From a virus, in IMG/VR virus record IMGVR_UViG_3300048065_001187, positions 64,001-128,000 of that record: DNA of 64,000 bases; one strand, written 5' to 3'. Shown piece by piece: positions 9,554-19,289 of the stretch. The notes under the pieces were generated by a model. It did not search any database, had not been told where the DNA came from, and was given only the letters and a program-made list of their open reading frames with translations. A program made the position numbers and the translations under genes. The first letter of the stretch is position 1, and every line of letters starts with the position of its first letter.

Positions 9554-10542
9554 AAATATTAGTTGGAGGAGCAGGCGGCTTTATAGCCGGTTATTTAGTT
9601 AAAGATTTATTGGCACAAGGGCATGAAGTTATCGCCGCCGACATTAAGCCCGCAGATATGTGGTATCAGACGTTTGATGGTGCAGAAAATCATGCGGATT
9701 GTAATCTGCAAGAAAAAGATCATTGTTACAAATTAAGTGTCGGTGCTGATCGCATCTACAATCTTGCCTGCAATATGGGCGGCATGGGGTTTGTTGAAAA
9801 CAATCAAGCTCTTTGCATGGAGAACGTTCTTATTCAGACTCACATGATGATGGCTGCGAGAGACAATGGTGTCAAAGAAGTTTTATATAGCTCAACTGCT
9901 TGTGTTTATCCAGCCGCAATTCAATCTGAAATTAAAGACGAATCATCTCAGGCACTTAAAGAATCTGATGTATTTCCAGCTAATCCAGATGATGGATATG
10001 GTTGGGAAAAATTATTTAGTGAATTGATTACTTATTATTACGGAAAAGATTTTGGTATTGATTCACGCACTTGTCGCTACCATAATGTTTATGGGCCATT
10101 TGGAACATGGCGTGGTGGTCGTGAAAAAGCTCCTGCTGCAATTTGTCGCAAAGTTATAGAGGCTAAGATGAGCGGCAAGCATGAAATTGAAATCTGGGGT
10201 GATGGCGAACAAACTCGCTCGTTTATGTTTATTGACGACTGTATCACTGGCATGGAATTGATGTGGCAAAAGGGTGACTCTCGCCCACTCAACCTTGGAA
10301 GTGATCGTATGGTTTCCATCAATCAGCTTGTTAATATTGTAGAAAATATCGGCGGCATTAAATTAAAAAGAAACTACAATTTGAATGCCCCACAAGGTGT
10401 TCGTGGTCGTAACAGCGATAACACGATGATTAAAGAAGTGTTAGGCTGGGCACCATCGATCACTCTTGAAGATGGACTTGAAAAAACATACGAGTGGATT
10501 TATAATCAAATGCAGAACTGTAAAGATTCTGATGGATATTAA
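9550..10542 (+). CDS. GDP-mannose 3,5-epimerase-like NAD-dependent epimerase
   Basis: GGAGGFIA, NLACNMGGMGF, STACVYP, YGWEK, GGREKAPAAICRK, QGVRGRNSDN. Confidence 0.88.
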   Translation: MKILVGGAGGFIAGYLVKDLLAQGHEVIAADIKPADMWYQTFDGAENHADCNLQEKDHCYKLSVGADRIYNLACNMGGMGFVENNQALCMENVLIQTHMMMAARDNGVKEVLYSSTACVYPAAIQSEIKDESSQALKESDVFPANPDDGYGWEKLFSELITYYYGKDFGIDSRTCRYHNVYGPFGTWRGGREKAPAAICRKVIEAKMSGKHEIEIWGDGEQTRSFMFIDDCITGMELMWQKGDSRPLNLGSDRMVSINQLVNIVENIGGIKLKRNYNLNAPQGVRGRNSDNTMIKEVLGWAPSITLEDGLEKTYEWIYNQMQNCKDSDGY

Positions 10543-10556
10543 ACCCCGAACTTATC

Positions 10557-10751
10557 ATGATTGAATTTTATAATGTAAGAAAGAAGAAGAAGGTTCAAAT
10601 TGATGAATCCAAAGTGACAAAGTATGCTATGGAAAGAACCACAAAAACAGGCAAACTCTCCGTGCGTTATGCACTTCGTGCCGTTGATGATGACGGTATT
10701 AAGCTAACAAAATTTTGCAGCAAAGCAGATTACGACAAGATTGCTGATTAA
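10557..10751 (+). CDS. Small basic protein, DUF5679/CC1-like nucleic-acid binder
   Basis: 64 aa, Lys-rich; EFYNVRKKKKV...RYALRAVDDDGIKLTKF. Confidence 0.5.
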   Translation: MIEFYNVRKKKKVQIDESKVTKYAMERTTKTGKLSVRYALRAVDDDGIKLTKFCSKADYDKIAD

Positions 10752-11185
10752 TGGGCCCAATTCTGAATACGATTATAGGTGCAGGAATAAAACTGGCCTG
10801 TAATCTTATTAATGCTTGGCTTGAGCATCGTCGCCATAACCAAATTTTGCTGGCGGCCAGAGACAACGAAATGCTCAAGGCTTTAGTTTCAAACCAATCC
10901 GAACAAGCTAGCGATTCTTTTGTAAAAGTTACTAGGCGTGTGCTTTTTATGAGTATCACATTTACAATGTGCTATCTTATGGTTTACTATGCTCATAATC
11001 CTGGAATTACATACGATTTAATTGTGCCAAAGGGCGAAAATACTAGATGGGGATTTTTCAGTTATTTGTTTGGCGCGAAGGAATGGGAAGTTGTTCAGAT
11101 GACAGGTGGCCTTATGTTATCATCATTTATGGACTTGTGTTTTATGGTGATAGGGTTTTATGCAATCCCAAGCAAGAGGAGATAA
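10751..11185 (+). CDS. Membrane protein (holin-like candidate)
   Basis: Two to three hydrophobic segments and a basic C-terminus KRR. Confidence 0.5.
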   Translation: MGPILNTIIGAGIKLACNLINAWLEHRRHNQILLAARDNEMLKALVSNQSEQASDSFVKVTRRVLFMSITFTMCYLMVYYAHNPGITYDLIVPKGENTRWGFFSYLFGAKEWEVVQMTGGLMLSSFMDLCFMVIGFYAIPSKRR

Positions 11186-11188
11186 GCC

Positions 11189-11217
11189 TTGACAATATTT
11201 TCATTTCATTGTATGAT
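11189..11217 (+). promoter_or_regulatory. Sigma70-type promoter, leaderless
   Basis: TTGACA-17 nt-TATGAT; in-frame GTG 6 nt downstream at 11224. Confidence 0.75.
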
Positions 11218-11223
11218 GTTAAT

Positions 11224-11556
11224 GTGACACATACTGAAAAGAAAAACATTTTAGAAAAGTTAGTAGTCATACCTGACAAAGGAAAAAGAAACTTTTGGGG
11301 GAGAGAGATGCAATCCCTTAATATTTTAATCGAAAAGTATCCGGAAGATTTTTTCTGGAAAGGCTTGACATTCGATAAAAAATTTGATAGTATTATAGTT
11401 CTTCGATCTGGATATTACTCAGAAGAACTTGAAAAAAAGTACAAACGATTTATATATGTTATACCTAAATCCAATAATATTAAAATTGGAGAAAAACAAG
11501 GAGAAGATTATGTTCAAAAAAATAAACGCAAAACCCTTAGAGATTTTTTATCATGA
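11224..11556 (+). CDS. Hypothetical protein
   Basis: ORF; GTG start inferred from the promoter; ATGA-coupled to recA. Confidence 0.6.
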   Translation: MTHTEKKNILEKLVVIPDKGKRNFWGREMQSLNILIEKYPEDFFWKGLTFDKKFDSIIVLRSGYYSEELEKKYKRFIYVIPKSNNIKIGEKQGEDYVQKNKRKTLRDFLS

Positions 11557-12674
11557 GTAAAACAGCAGAAGTAGCAACAAAAGATTCGCTTAAAAGTTTT
11601 TTAAAGCAAAACGAAGATCATCATTATAATTTTGAGGAAGAGATTACTTATAAAGTTTCGTGTGGCAGCCTCAAGGTTGACTTTGAGCTTGATGGAGGGC
11701 TAGGCCCGGGCTTACATCGCTTCACAGGTATGAATGAAGGCGGTAAGAGTTCGGAAGCTCTTGAAGTTATGAAAAACTTCTTAAAAATGGAGAACTCTAA
11801 AGGCGTTTATATAAAAGCAGAAGGCCGGCTTTCTGAAGAAATGAAGCAAAGATGTGGAATTGACTTTACATACGATGAAGATTCTTGGGATGAAGGAAAG
11901 TGTTTTATATTTGACTGCAACATTTATGAGACAGTTCTAGATTTAATGAGAATCTTGGTAGCTAAAAACCCAGAAGGAACCAAGTACTGTTTCATACTAG
12001 ACTCCCTCGATGGCTTGATCATGAAAGATGATCTAAGTAAAGGTTTTGAAGACGCTCATAAAGTAGCTGGAGGAGCATTACTTGGGGCAAAATTTATGCA
12101 AAAGATGAGTATTGCTTTAGCCAAGCGAGGTCATATGGCTATTTTTATCTCTCAAGTCCGTGCTGATATCAAGCTAGATCCTTATAGCAAAGCTCCTGTG
12201 CGTCAAACGACAGCTACAGGAGGCAATGCATTACTCCATTTTGCAAATTACATTCTTGAATTTGAGCCCCGATTTAAAAAAGATTTGATTCTAGAGAATC
12301 CAACTCAGCCAATTGATCAACAGAAGAATAAAATTCTTGGTCACATAGCTAAAATTACTGTAAAAAAGTCTCCAAACGAGAAAACAAACTATACGCTAGA
12401 ATACCCAATCAAGTACGGAAGGATCAATGGCACATCTATTTGGGTTGAAAAAGAAGTAATAGATATGCTATACCTTTGGGGGTATATAAATAAAAAAGGG
12501 GCATGGATTTCAGTAGAACAAGATTTCCTAGATATTCTAAAGGAAAAAAATCTAGAGTTTCCAGAAAAGATACAAGGTGAACCCAAGTTAAATAGCCTAC
12601 TAGAATCAGATCCAGCCTTAACAGACTTTTTAATTTCTCATTTTAAAGAATTGATTTACAGGGAAAGTAAATAA
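11553..12674 (+). CDS. recA: RecA/UvsX-like recombinase
   Basis: Walker A GMNEGGKS, Walker B FILDSL, IFISQVR, TGGNALLHFA. Confidence 0.88.
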   Translation: MSKTAEVATKDSLKSFLKQNEDHHYNFEEEITYKVSCGSLKVDFELDGGLGPGLHRFTGMNEGGKSSEALEVMKNFLKMENSKGVYIKAEGRLSEEMKQRCGIDFTYDEDSWDEGKCFIFDCNIYETVLDLMRILVAKNPEGTKYCFILDSLDGLIMKDDLSKGFEDAHKVAGGALLGAKFMQKMSIALAKRGHMAIFISQVRADIKLDPYSKAPVRQTTATGGNALLHFANYILEFEPRFKKDLILENPTQPIDQQKNKILGHIAKITVKKSPNEKTNYTLEYPIKYGRINGTSIWVEKEVIDMLYLWGYINKKGAWISVEQDFLDILKEKNLEFPEKIQGEPKLNSLLESDPALTDFLISHFKELIYRESK

Positions 12675-13084
12675 TGGTATTCAAAACACTAACTGGTTCA
12701 TCTAAAAGAGTAAAAAAACCTAAAAATTATTTAATAAAATGGGACGGACAAAGCCTTAGTAAATTACAATTTTCGACAAAGCAGTTCCTGAAACCATTTT
12801 GGCACACAGATATTGTTTTTGAGGAATTCCCCATTGTCGGAACAAAAATGCGTTTCGATTTCTATAACTCCAACCAAAACATTGCAGTAGAAGTTCAAGG
12901 AGGGCAACACTTAAAATATACTCCTTTCTTTCATGGCAAATCAAAGTCTACTTTTCTCAGTCAAATAAGAAGAGACAATGACAAGCAAAAATTTTGCGAA
13001 TTAAACAATATAAAATTAGTAGAAATTTACCCAAATGACAAATTATCTGCTGATTTATTCAAATCTTTCGGCGTTATCCTATAA
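12674..13084 (+). CDS. Vsr/DUF559-like PD-(D/E)XK endonuclease
   Basis: EEFP, RFDFY, AVEVQGGQH, RDNDK. Confidence 0.7.
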   Translation: MVFKTLTGSSKRVKKPKNYLIKWDGQSLSKLQFSTKQFLKPFWHTDIVFEEFPIVGTKMRFDFYNSNQNIAVEVQGGQHLKYTPFFHGKSKSTFLSQIRRDNDKQKFCELNNIKLVEIYPNDKLSADLFKSFGVIL

Positions 13085-13089
13085 CCTAA

Positions 13090-13094
13090 GTGTA
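13090..13094 (+). promoter_or_regulatory. GTGTA phage promoter-like motif
   Basis: AAGTGTAATATA, 10 nt before GTG 13105; recurs upstream of about 12 genes. Confidence 0.6.
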
Positions 13095-13104
13095 ATATAA
13101 AACA

Positions 13105-13392
13105 GTGAGCAATAATATTGATCCAGAAAACTTAAATATTTTTTCCATACCCGAGGCTATGCTTGAGAAGCTCTTCGAATTTACAGGAGATGCAGATCAC
13201 AGCAAAGGATTTATTCTAGCTTATGTTGACCAGCAGGGTAAGCCTATGGTATATACGAGAAGCCAAAATCAAATCATTGAAATGGGTCTCAGAAAAGCAT
13301 TGGAAAAGTATTTAATTAGTTTAGAAGAGGCCGAAAGTATGTACGGGGCAGAAAATAATGATGACCCCGACAACAATAAAGGACTTGACTAA
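13105..13392 (+). CDS. Hypothetical protein
   Basis: 95 aa ORF, GTG start. Confidence 0.65.
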   Translation: MSNNIDPENLNIFSIPEAMLEKLFEFTGDADHSKGFILAYVDQQGKPMVYTRSQNQIIEMGLRKALEKYLISLEEAESMYGAENNDDPDNNKGLD

Positions 13393-13413
13393 AACTTTTA
13401 TTTCTGTTATAGA
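13385..13413 (+). promoter_or_regulatory. Sigma70-type promoter of dnaB, leaderless
   Basis: TTGACT-17-TATAGA with TGn extension; ATG 6 nt downstream. Confidence 0.65.
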
Positions 13414-13419
13414 TATTAT

Positions 13420-14916
13420 ATGATTTATTCCTCGGAGGTTGAAAAGCAACTGCTTGCTGGGCTATTGAATTATCCCGATAAGTATGTTGAAATTGCTGGT
13501 TTCATGTCGTCTAAAGATTTTTTCTTTGAACCGCATCAGATTATTTATAGTTTTCTAAAATCTGATTACGAGTCAGGAAATTCCATAGATGATATCATTC
13601 TAGCTGAACGCATAAAGTTATCAGGTATTTCTTTTGAAGACAATATTAATGTCTCTGACTATATTAGGGCATTAAAACTCAAAAAGTCTTCTAAAGATTC
13701 TGTAACAGAAGCAGCGAAAGAAGTCAAAAAACTTTCTGTTAGGCGTGATATATCAGGTAATGCACAAAAGATACAGAAAGAGATGAAACACATTGATTCA
13801 TCTAAAAATTTATCTGAAATTATCAACAAAGCGGATGATATATACTCATCCAACATGAACTTATATGAAAATGGGGAGTTCTTTCCCCAAAATATTTTTA
13901 CTGACATGGAAGATTTAGTAGAATTAAAAGGAAACAACCCAACAACGCATTTTGGTCCCACGGGACCTCACTCTAGATTACACGAGCTATACGGCTCTCT
14001 GTTGAGGCCAGGAAATATCACAACGATAGTCGCCAGGACTGGTGTTGGCAAGACTCAGTTTGTTATGGATTTTTGCACAAAAGTTTCTCAAGAAACAGGT
14101 ATACCCATTCTACATTTAGATAATGGAGAAATGAGTAAAGAAGAATTGATTATGCGTCAATGCGCATCTTTATCAGGAGTACCACTGTCCTTGCTTGAAA
14201 CAGGCCAATGGAGACAGGCCGGAGAAGAAATTGTAAATAAAGTTCGTGCTGTATGGAAAATTGTACAGAATTACAAATTCTACTATCAAAATGTTGGCGG
14301 CATGGAAGTTGATGCTATTATGCAGCTATGCAAGCACTTTTATTATGGACAAATCAAGCGAGGCAACCCAATGATTTTAAGCTTCGATTATATTAAGACT
14401 ACCTCCGAAAAGATGGGTAATAAAAATGAATACCAGGTTGTTGGAGAGATGGTGGATAAATTTAAAAAACTAATACAAAGAGACATTTTATTCGACAATG
14501 AGCCTAAGGTTGCAATGATTACTTCCGTTCAAAGTAATCGGACAGGTATCACAAACAACAGAAGCTCAGACAATATAGTGGAAGATGAAAGTATAGTTTC
14601 ACTGTCTGATAGGATTACCCAATTTAGTTCACACTTACTTTCTCTGCGTCAAAAAACAATGGACGAGCTTGCCGAAGAGCAAAATTTATTTGGCACCCAT
14701 AGGCTGACATGCTTCAAGTATAGACACTTAGGTGACAATGTACATAGAGCTATACAGCCAGTCAGAATGCCTAATGGAGACTTGAGAAGAAATTTTATTA
14801 ATTTAGATTTTGATAATTTCAATATCACTGAAGTCGGAGACTTGCAAGATATGGTTGATTCGCAAGTTGATGTTGGTTTTGCTGAAGAAACAGGCGGCTC
14901 AAGCATTGATATATGA
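13420..14916 (+). CDS. dnaB: Replicative DNA helicase
   Basis: N-domain (EKQLLAGLL, DFFFEPHQIIY), ARTGVGKT, DNGEM, SFDYIK, SVQSNR. Confidence 0.93.
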   Translation: MIYSSEVEKQLLAGLLNYPDKYVEIAGFMSSKDFFFEPHQIIYSFLKSDYESGNSIDDIILAERIKLSGISFEDNINVSDYIRALKLKKSSKDSVTEAAKEVKKLSVRRDISGNAQKIQKEMKHIDSSKNLSEIINKADDIYSSNMNLYENGEFFPQNIFTDMEDLVELKGNNPTTHFGPTGPHSRLHELYGSLLRPGNITTIVARTGVGKTQFVMDFCTKVSQETGIPILHLDNGEMSKEELIMRQCASLSGVPLSLLETGQWRQAGEEIVNKVRAVWKIVQNYKFYYQNVGGMEVDAIMQLCKHFYYGQIKRGNPMILSFDYIKTTSEKMGNKNEYQVVGEMVDKFKKLIQRDILFDNEPKVAMITSVQSNRTGITNNRSSDNIVEDESIVSLSDRITQFSSHLLSLRQKTMDELAEEQNLFGTHRLTCFKYRHLGDNVHRAIQPVRMPNGDLRRNFINLDFDNFNITEVGDLQDMVDSQVDVGFAEETGGSSIDI

Positions 14917-15962
14917 CATCCGACAAGATAAAGGATATTCTCACTAATTTGGGCTACAAGCTGACTGATTGCGGGAATCATTGGCGTACAAATGCCCTTT
15001 ACAGGGGAGGCAAAAACCCAACTGCAGTCCAAGTTTACAAAGATTCTGGTGTCTGGGTTGATTATGTTAAAGATTCAAAAGCTTTACCTCTTGAGTATCT
15101 AGTCCAAGCCACTCTTCAAACCAATGATAAAGAAGAAATCAAAAAGGTCATTGGTGGTTATGACTTATCAATTAGCAGAACAGAGATTATAGAAAGACCA
15201 AAGCTAACTATGGAAAAGACTTATCCTGATTCTATTTTAAATAAATTACTACCTCATTATAAATTTTATAACAAAAGAGGCGTATCAGATGAAACCTTGA
15301 TGTTCTTTAAGGGCGGTCTTGCTACAGAAGGAGCTATGTATCAAAGGTTTGTGTTCCCTATTTACAATGATGAGCAGCAAATTTGCGGCTTTAGCGGTAG
15401 AGACATGACTACATCTAACCCCAATCGTCCAAAATGGAAGCATGTAGGAAAAAAATCTGAATGGATATATCCATTTTACTTACCTCAATCTCAAAGAAAT
15501 TTAGTTGAGTATTCAATTTTAGAGGAAGACGAAGTAATTTTGGTTGAAAGCATTGGGGATTTACTTCAGCTACACGAACAGGGAATTAAAAATGTCTTAG
15601 TAACTTTTGGTGTATCATTATCCTCTAAACTTCTTTGTTTTTTAGTGTCGCTCGGATGCTCCAGAATTATTTTGTCCTTAAATAACGATTTTGATAAAGA
15701 TCATAACAGAGGATTAATTGGTTCATTTAAATGTTACTTAAAGTTATTGAATTATTTCAGCCGAGATAATATTATAATACATCCCCCTAACTCAAAAGAT
15801 TTTGGCGAAATGAATCCAGAAGATTTTAATCCCTGGAAGCAATATTTATCTGATAAAATGTATACTAACGATCAGCCTAAATACAAAGATCAGATTTTAG
15901 ATTTAATAAAAAGCAAAGAGATTCCTGCTTCTTTGTATAAAAAAAAATTCTTCCATGAGTGA
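14913..15962 (+). CDS. DNA primase (Toprim)
   Basis: RFVFPI, GFSGR, PKW, ILVESIGD, LNND, KDFGEM. Confidence 0.85.
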   Translation: MTSDKIKDILTNLGYKLTDCGNHWRTNALYRGGKNPTAVQVYKDSGVWVDYVKDSKALPLEYLVQATLQTNDKEEIKKVIGGYDLSISRTEIIERPKLTMEKTYPDSILNKLLPHYKFYNKRGVSDETLMFFKGGLATEGAMYQRFVFPIYNDEQQICGFSGRDMTTSNPNRPKWKHVGKKSEWIYPFYLPQSQRNLVEYSILEEDEVILVESIGDLLQLHEQGIKNVLVTFGVSLSSKLLCFLVSLGCSRIILSLNNDFDKDHNRGLIGSFKCYLKLLNYFSRDNIIIHPPNSKDFGEMNPEDFNPWKQYLSDKMYTNDQPKYKDQILDLIKSKEIPASLYKKKFFHE

Positions 15963-17019
15963 ACTAACCCCATTATCTGCTAGTAGAATAAAAAAAGCTC
16001 AAAGTTGCTCTTGGAGCTACTGGGCTACATATCATCTAAAAGTCCCTGACAGAAGTAACGATGGGGCTAGTCGAGGATGGATATGTCACCTAATATTTGA
16101 ATTACTGGGAAACCCAAGGCACAGACCTGTTTATGACGAAGTTATATTAAAAGATAATATTTTTGCTTGCGAGCCAATCAGGCGTCTAGTTGCTTATCAT
16201 GCCAAAAAACTCAACGTTAATGATGAAGAAAATCTGGAGTTAATTAATAACATGACCCTGGCTGGCTTGCACTTTGATTTCTTTGGTGATGCACGAGGCG
16301 AACCCGATGAGGCTATCTCAGAGCAAGAGTTTAATATCACTATTGATGAAGTTGATAAACTTTACAGGTTGCGTGGGTTCATTGATAAACTATTTTTTTA
16401 CGAAGATAAAAATTTAGCAGTCATTAGAGATTTTAAAAGTAGCAAAGCAGTCTTCAAAGGCAAAGAAGTAACGGATAACATGCAGGATTTGCTTTATACA
16501 TTAGCTGTTAAAAAACTATTTCCTCACTTCAAAAATACAGAAGTTGAATTTTTATTTTTAAAATTTGACTTACATGCTTCAGGTAATGTAAAAATGGAGG
16601 ACATAAGCGACGAAGAACTTGAAGGTTTAGAATATTTTTTAACAGAAGTGCAGGAGTTTATAGATAATTTCGACGAAGAAGATGCTACTAGTAATTTCGC
16701 AGGAGCACAATCTTATCCTTCTGATGGAACTTTTGGCGGCCCTCTAATGTGCGGTAAAGATGGGTACAAGATATCAAAAGGCGAACCTTTGCTTGATAAA
16801 GAAGGAAATCCTATCGTTGCGTATATTTGCCCGTACAGAAAGCCAATGGATTTTTATGTTATAAAAAATTCTAAAGGAAAAATTATCAAATCTGTATTTG
16901 AAGAAGATAAAGATAGCCTTAGCCCTAATGATTTTGAGGGTGAATTTATAGAAAAAGTAGAGTATAAAGGCTGCCCTTACTGGAATAGACCAAAATCAGA
17001 AATTGACGACTTTCTTTAA
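15955..17019 (+). CDS. PD-(D/E)XK nuclease (PDDEXK_1/RecB-like)
   Basis: LSASRI...C, GWICH, LRGFIDKL, IRDFKS, C-terminal Cys residues. Confidence 0.85.
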   Translation: MSELTPLSASRIKKAQSCSWSYWATYHLKVPDRSNDGASRGWICHLIFELLGNPRHRPVYDEVILKDNIFACEPIRRLVAYHAKKLNVNDEENLELINNMTLAGLHFDFFGDARGEPDEAISEQEFNITIDEVDKLYRLRGFIDKLFFYEDKNLAVIRDFKSSKAVFKGKEVTDNMQDLLYTLAVKKLFPHFKNTEVEFLFLKFDLHASGNVKMEDISDEELEGLEYFLTEVQEFIDNFDEEDATSNFAGAQSYPSDGTFGGPLMCGKDGYKISKGEPLLDKEGNPIVAYICPYRKPMDFYVIKNSKGKIIKSVFEEDKDSLSPNDFEGEFIEKVEYKGCPYWNRPKSEIDDFL

Positions 17020-17041
17020 TTATTTGTGTACTCTGTTATAA

Positions 17042-17311
17042 ATGACAGATACAATAGAAAGCATTTGCTACGAATACGCAGAAAACTCTCTTTTCTCAAA
17101 AGATAGTGCCGCTTGCGGAGCTCCTCTAAAAATTATTGTTTACTTACAATATAAGTATATTGCAGAGCTCTCCAAATTCTTATCTAATTATGGATATGAA
17201 ATTTCCAATCAAAAAAATACAGGTAAGCATTTTGGAATCATTCACTTCACACTAAAAAACTTAAGTGCTTTAGATTGTTTTAACGACAACAATAATCAGG
17301 GGGAAATTTAA
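17042..17311 (+). CDS. Hypothetical protein
   Basis: 89 aa ORF preceded by GTGTA at 17026. Confidence 0.55.
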   Translation: MTDTIESICYEYAENSLFSKDSAACGAPLKIIVYLQYKYIAELSKFLSNYGYEISNQKNTGKHFGIIHFTLKNLSALDCFNDNNNQGEI

Positions 17312-17312
17312 A

Positions 17313-18476
17313 ATGTTTTTGGCGGGGATCATCTTTTTATCGGGGATTTCTATATCCTTAGTTGCTGCATACTTTAGTATTGTAGGTTTAGCTACAATGT
17401 TTCCAGGTTCTATGGAAGCTATTATTATAATGGGTGCAGTATTAGAGGTAGGTAAGTTGGTGGCAGCTGTCTGGCTGCACAAGAATTGGCATGAAGCATT
17501 TGGATTCCTTAAATATTATTTGCTTTTAGCGGTTGTAGTCTTGAGTGCGATCACCAGCATGGGTATCTTTGGATTCTTATCCAAATCTCATGTTGAGCAC
17601 GGAGCTTCTATAGAAAAAGAGCAAGCTATTATATCTCAAATAGAAAGCAAAATAGAAAGAAAGCAGCAATTTATAGATCAAAGAAAAGATTTATTATCTC
17701 AGTTCGAAAAACAAACTACTTCAAATGACGCAGGATCCGAGGCTATTATAAAAAGACTTGATGATAGAATAAAATCAATTAAAGAAGAAGAAGCCTCACT
17801 ACTTGAAACACAGCAAGAATTATTGAATAAATATAATAATCAAGAATCCTTATTAAATCAAGAGCTTGAAGACTCAAAGAAAAGTACTGGATTTTTTGGC
17901 GCCAATAACTTTGAAGCAGTCAATAATTCACAGAAACTAAAAAGAGAAGCCATTCAACGAGATAGAAGTCTAGCTTTATCCGCAATAGATTCCATCAAAA
18001 AAGATACATTAGATAAAATCTCTGCCATCAGGCAACAAATTGATTCGGTCCAATTTAAAGAGACTAGCAATGCAGTTGATGACCCCAAGGTCAATCAATA
18101 TAGAAGTGAAATTGAGACTGCGTATAATGAGATTAGTGATTTTGAAAATCAAAAGTTTGAGTATGGAGCTGCCCTTAGAGCATTAGAAACAGAAATTGGC
18201 CCAATAAAATATATTGTTGGTGCAATGGACGAATGGATAGGTTTGGATGTAGACACAGAGCAAGCGATTAGAATCATCATTGTTGTTTTAATTTTTGTAT
18301 TTGACCCGTTGGCAATTCTATTACTTATATCAGCCACTATTACTTATGCTAAAAACAAAGAAGAAGATTTACCGCCCGATGTAAAAGAAATCCGGAATAA
18401 GCTTCTTGAAGAGCTAGAGGAATATTTAAATGATGGTGGCTTGGCTGATCATTTCATAGAAAGAACCAAAAAATAA
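17313..18476 (+). CDS. Membrane-anchored coiled-coil protein
   Basis: Three N-terminal TM segments (AAYFSIVGL, LEVGKLV, TSMGIFGFLSK), long coiled coil, EIGPIKY, FVFDPLA TM. Confidence 0.75.
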   Translation: MFLAGIIFLSGISISLVAAYFSIVGLATMFPGSMEAIIIMGAVLEVGKLVAAVWLHKNWHEAFGFLKYYLLLAVVVLSAITSMGIFGFLSKSHVEHGASIEKEQAIISQIESKIERKQQFIDQRKDLLSQFEKQTTSNDAGSEAIIKRLDDRIKSIKEEEASLLETQQELLNKYNNQESLLNQELEDSKKSTGFFGANNFEAVNNSQKLKREAIQRDRSLALSAIDSIKKDTLDKISAIRQQIDSVQFKETSNAVDDPKVNQYRSEIETAYNEISDFENQKFEYGAALRALETEIGPIKYIVGAMDEWIGLDVDTEQAIRIIIVVLIFVFDPLAILLLISATITYAKNKEEDLPPDVKEIRNKLLEELEEYLNDGGLADHFIERTKK

Positions 18477-18477
18477 C

Positions 18478-18506
18478 TTGACTTCGACGGGTGTTTGTGT
18501 TACATT
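18478..18506 (+). promoter_or_regulatory. Sigma70-type promoter of the polymerase operon, leaderless
   Basis: TTGACT-17-TACATT with TGn; GTG 6 nt downstream at 18513. Confidence 0.7.
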
Positions 18507-18512
18507 GTATTT

Positions 18513-19289
18513 GTGACGCTACCAATATTCAAAAGTCATTTTTCTATCGGCAAATCAATCCTTACTCTTAATGAGCCAAAGGATTCTTCAGACGATTCTT
18601 CGGATTCTGTTTTTGATATTGCTCAACAAAATAATTTAGATAAAGTTGTTCTTGTCGAAGACTCTTTTATGGGCTTCCTGCAAGCCCGCAAAGTTTGCTC
18701 GCTTCTTTCTAAGCAGTTGATCTTTGGTATACGGCTCGATTGTTGTGAAGATATTAAGAAGCTTGATGATAAATCAGATTCAAAATGCAATCATAAGATT
18801 ATTTTATTTCCTAAAAATTCTGAAGGCTGCAAAGATCTAAACAGAATTTATACCCTCGTCAAGACACAGCATAATGGCTGGCTTGATTTAAATATTTTAA
18901 AAAATAATTGGAATGAAGATAATCTTTCTCTTGCTATACCTTTTTATGATTCTTTTTTATTTAAAAACCTGACTAGCTTTCAATCTTGTTTTGTAAATTT
19001 TTCTTTTACCAATCCAACATTTTTTGTAGAAGATAATTCGTTGCCCTTTGACTCCATGATAAAAGACGCGGTAATTAAATATTGCGAGACAAATGACTAT
19101 AGTATGCAGCAGACTCAATCAATATATTATAAGGACAAAAAAGACTTCCCTGCATATTTAACCTATAAATTAATATGTGGCAGAAATTCGTTTGGCGGAA
19201 GAGAGCTCTCACTAGAGAAGCCTAACTTTGACCACCTTGGGAGTGATCAATTTTGCTGGGAAAGCTATATGGAAAAGGCTAAAATATGA
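18513..19289 (+). CDS. Stand-alone PHP domain (N-terminal part of split Pol III alpha)
   Basis: KSHFSIGKS, VLVED, LIFG, ILFPKNSEGCKDLNRI (cf. DnaE LLAKNxxGYxNL). Confidence 0.8.
   Translation: MTLPIFKSHFSIGKSILTLNEPKDSSDDSSDSVFDIAQQNNLDKVVLVEDSFMGFLQARKVCSLLSKQLIFGIRLDCCEDIKKLDDKSDSKCNHKIILFPKNSEGCKDLNRIYTLVKTQHNGWLDLNILKNNWNEDNLSLAIPFYDSFLFKNLTSFQSCFVNFSFTNPTFFVEDNSLPFDSMIKDAVIKYCETNDYSMQQTQSIYYKDKKDFPAYLTYKLICGRNSFGGRELSLEKPNFDHLGSDQFCWESYMEKAKI

Noticed and set aside
15955-17019. Cas4 as part of a CRISPR system
   Set aside because: Lies in the replication module with no array or other cas genes
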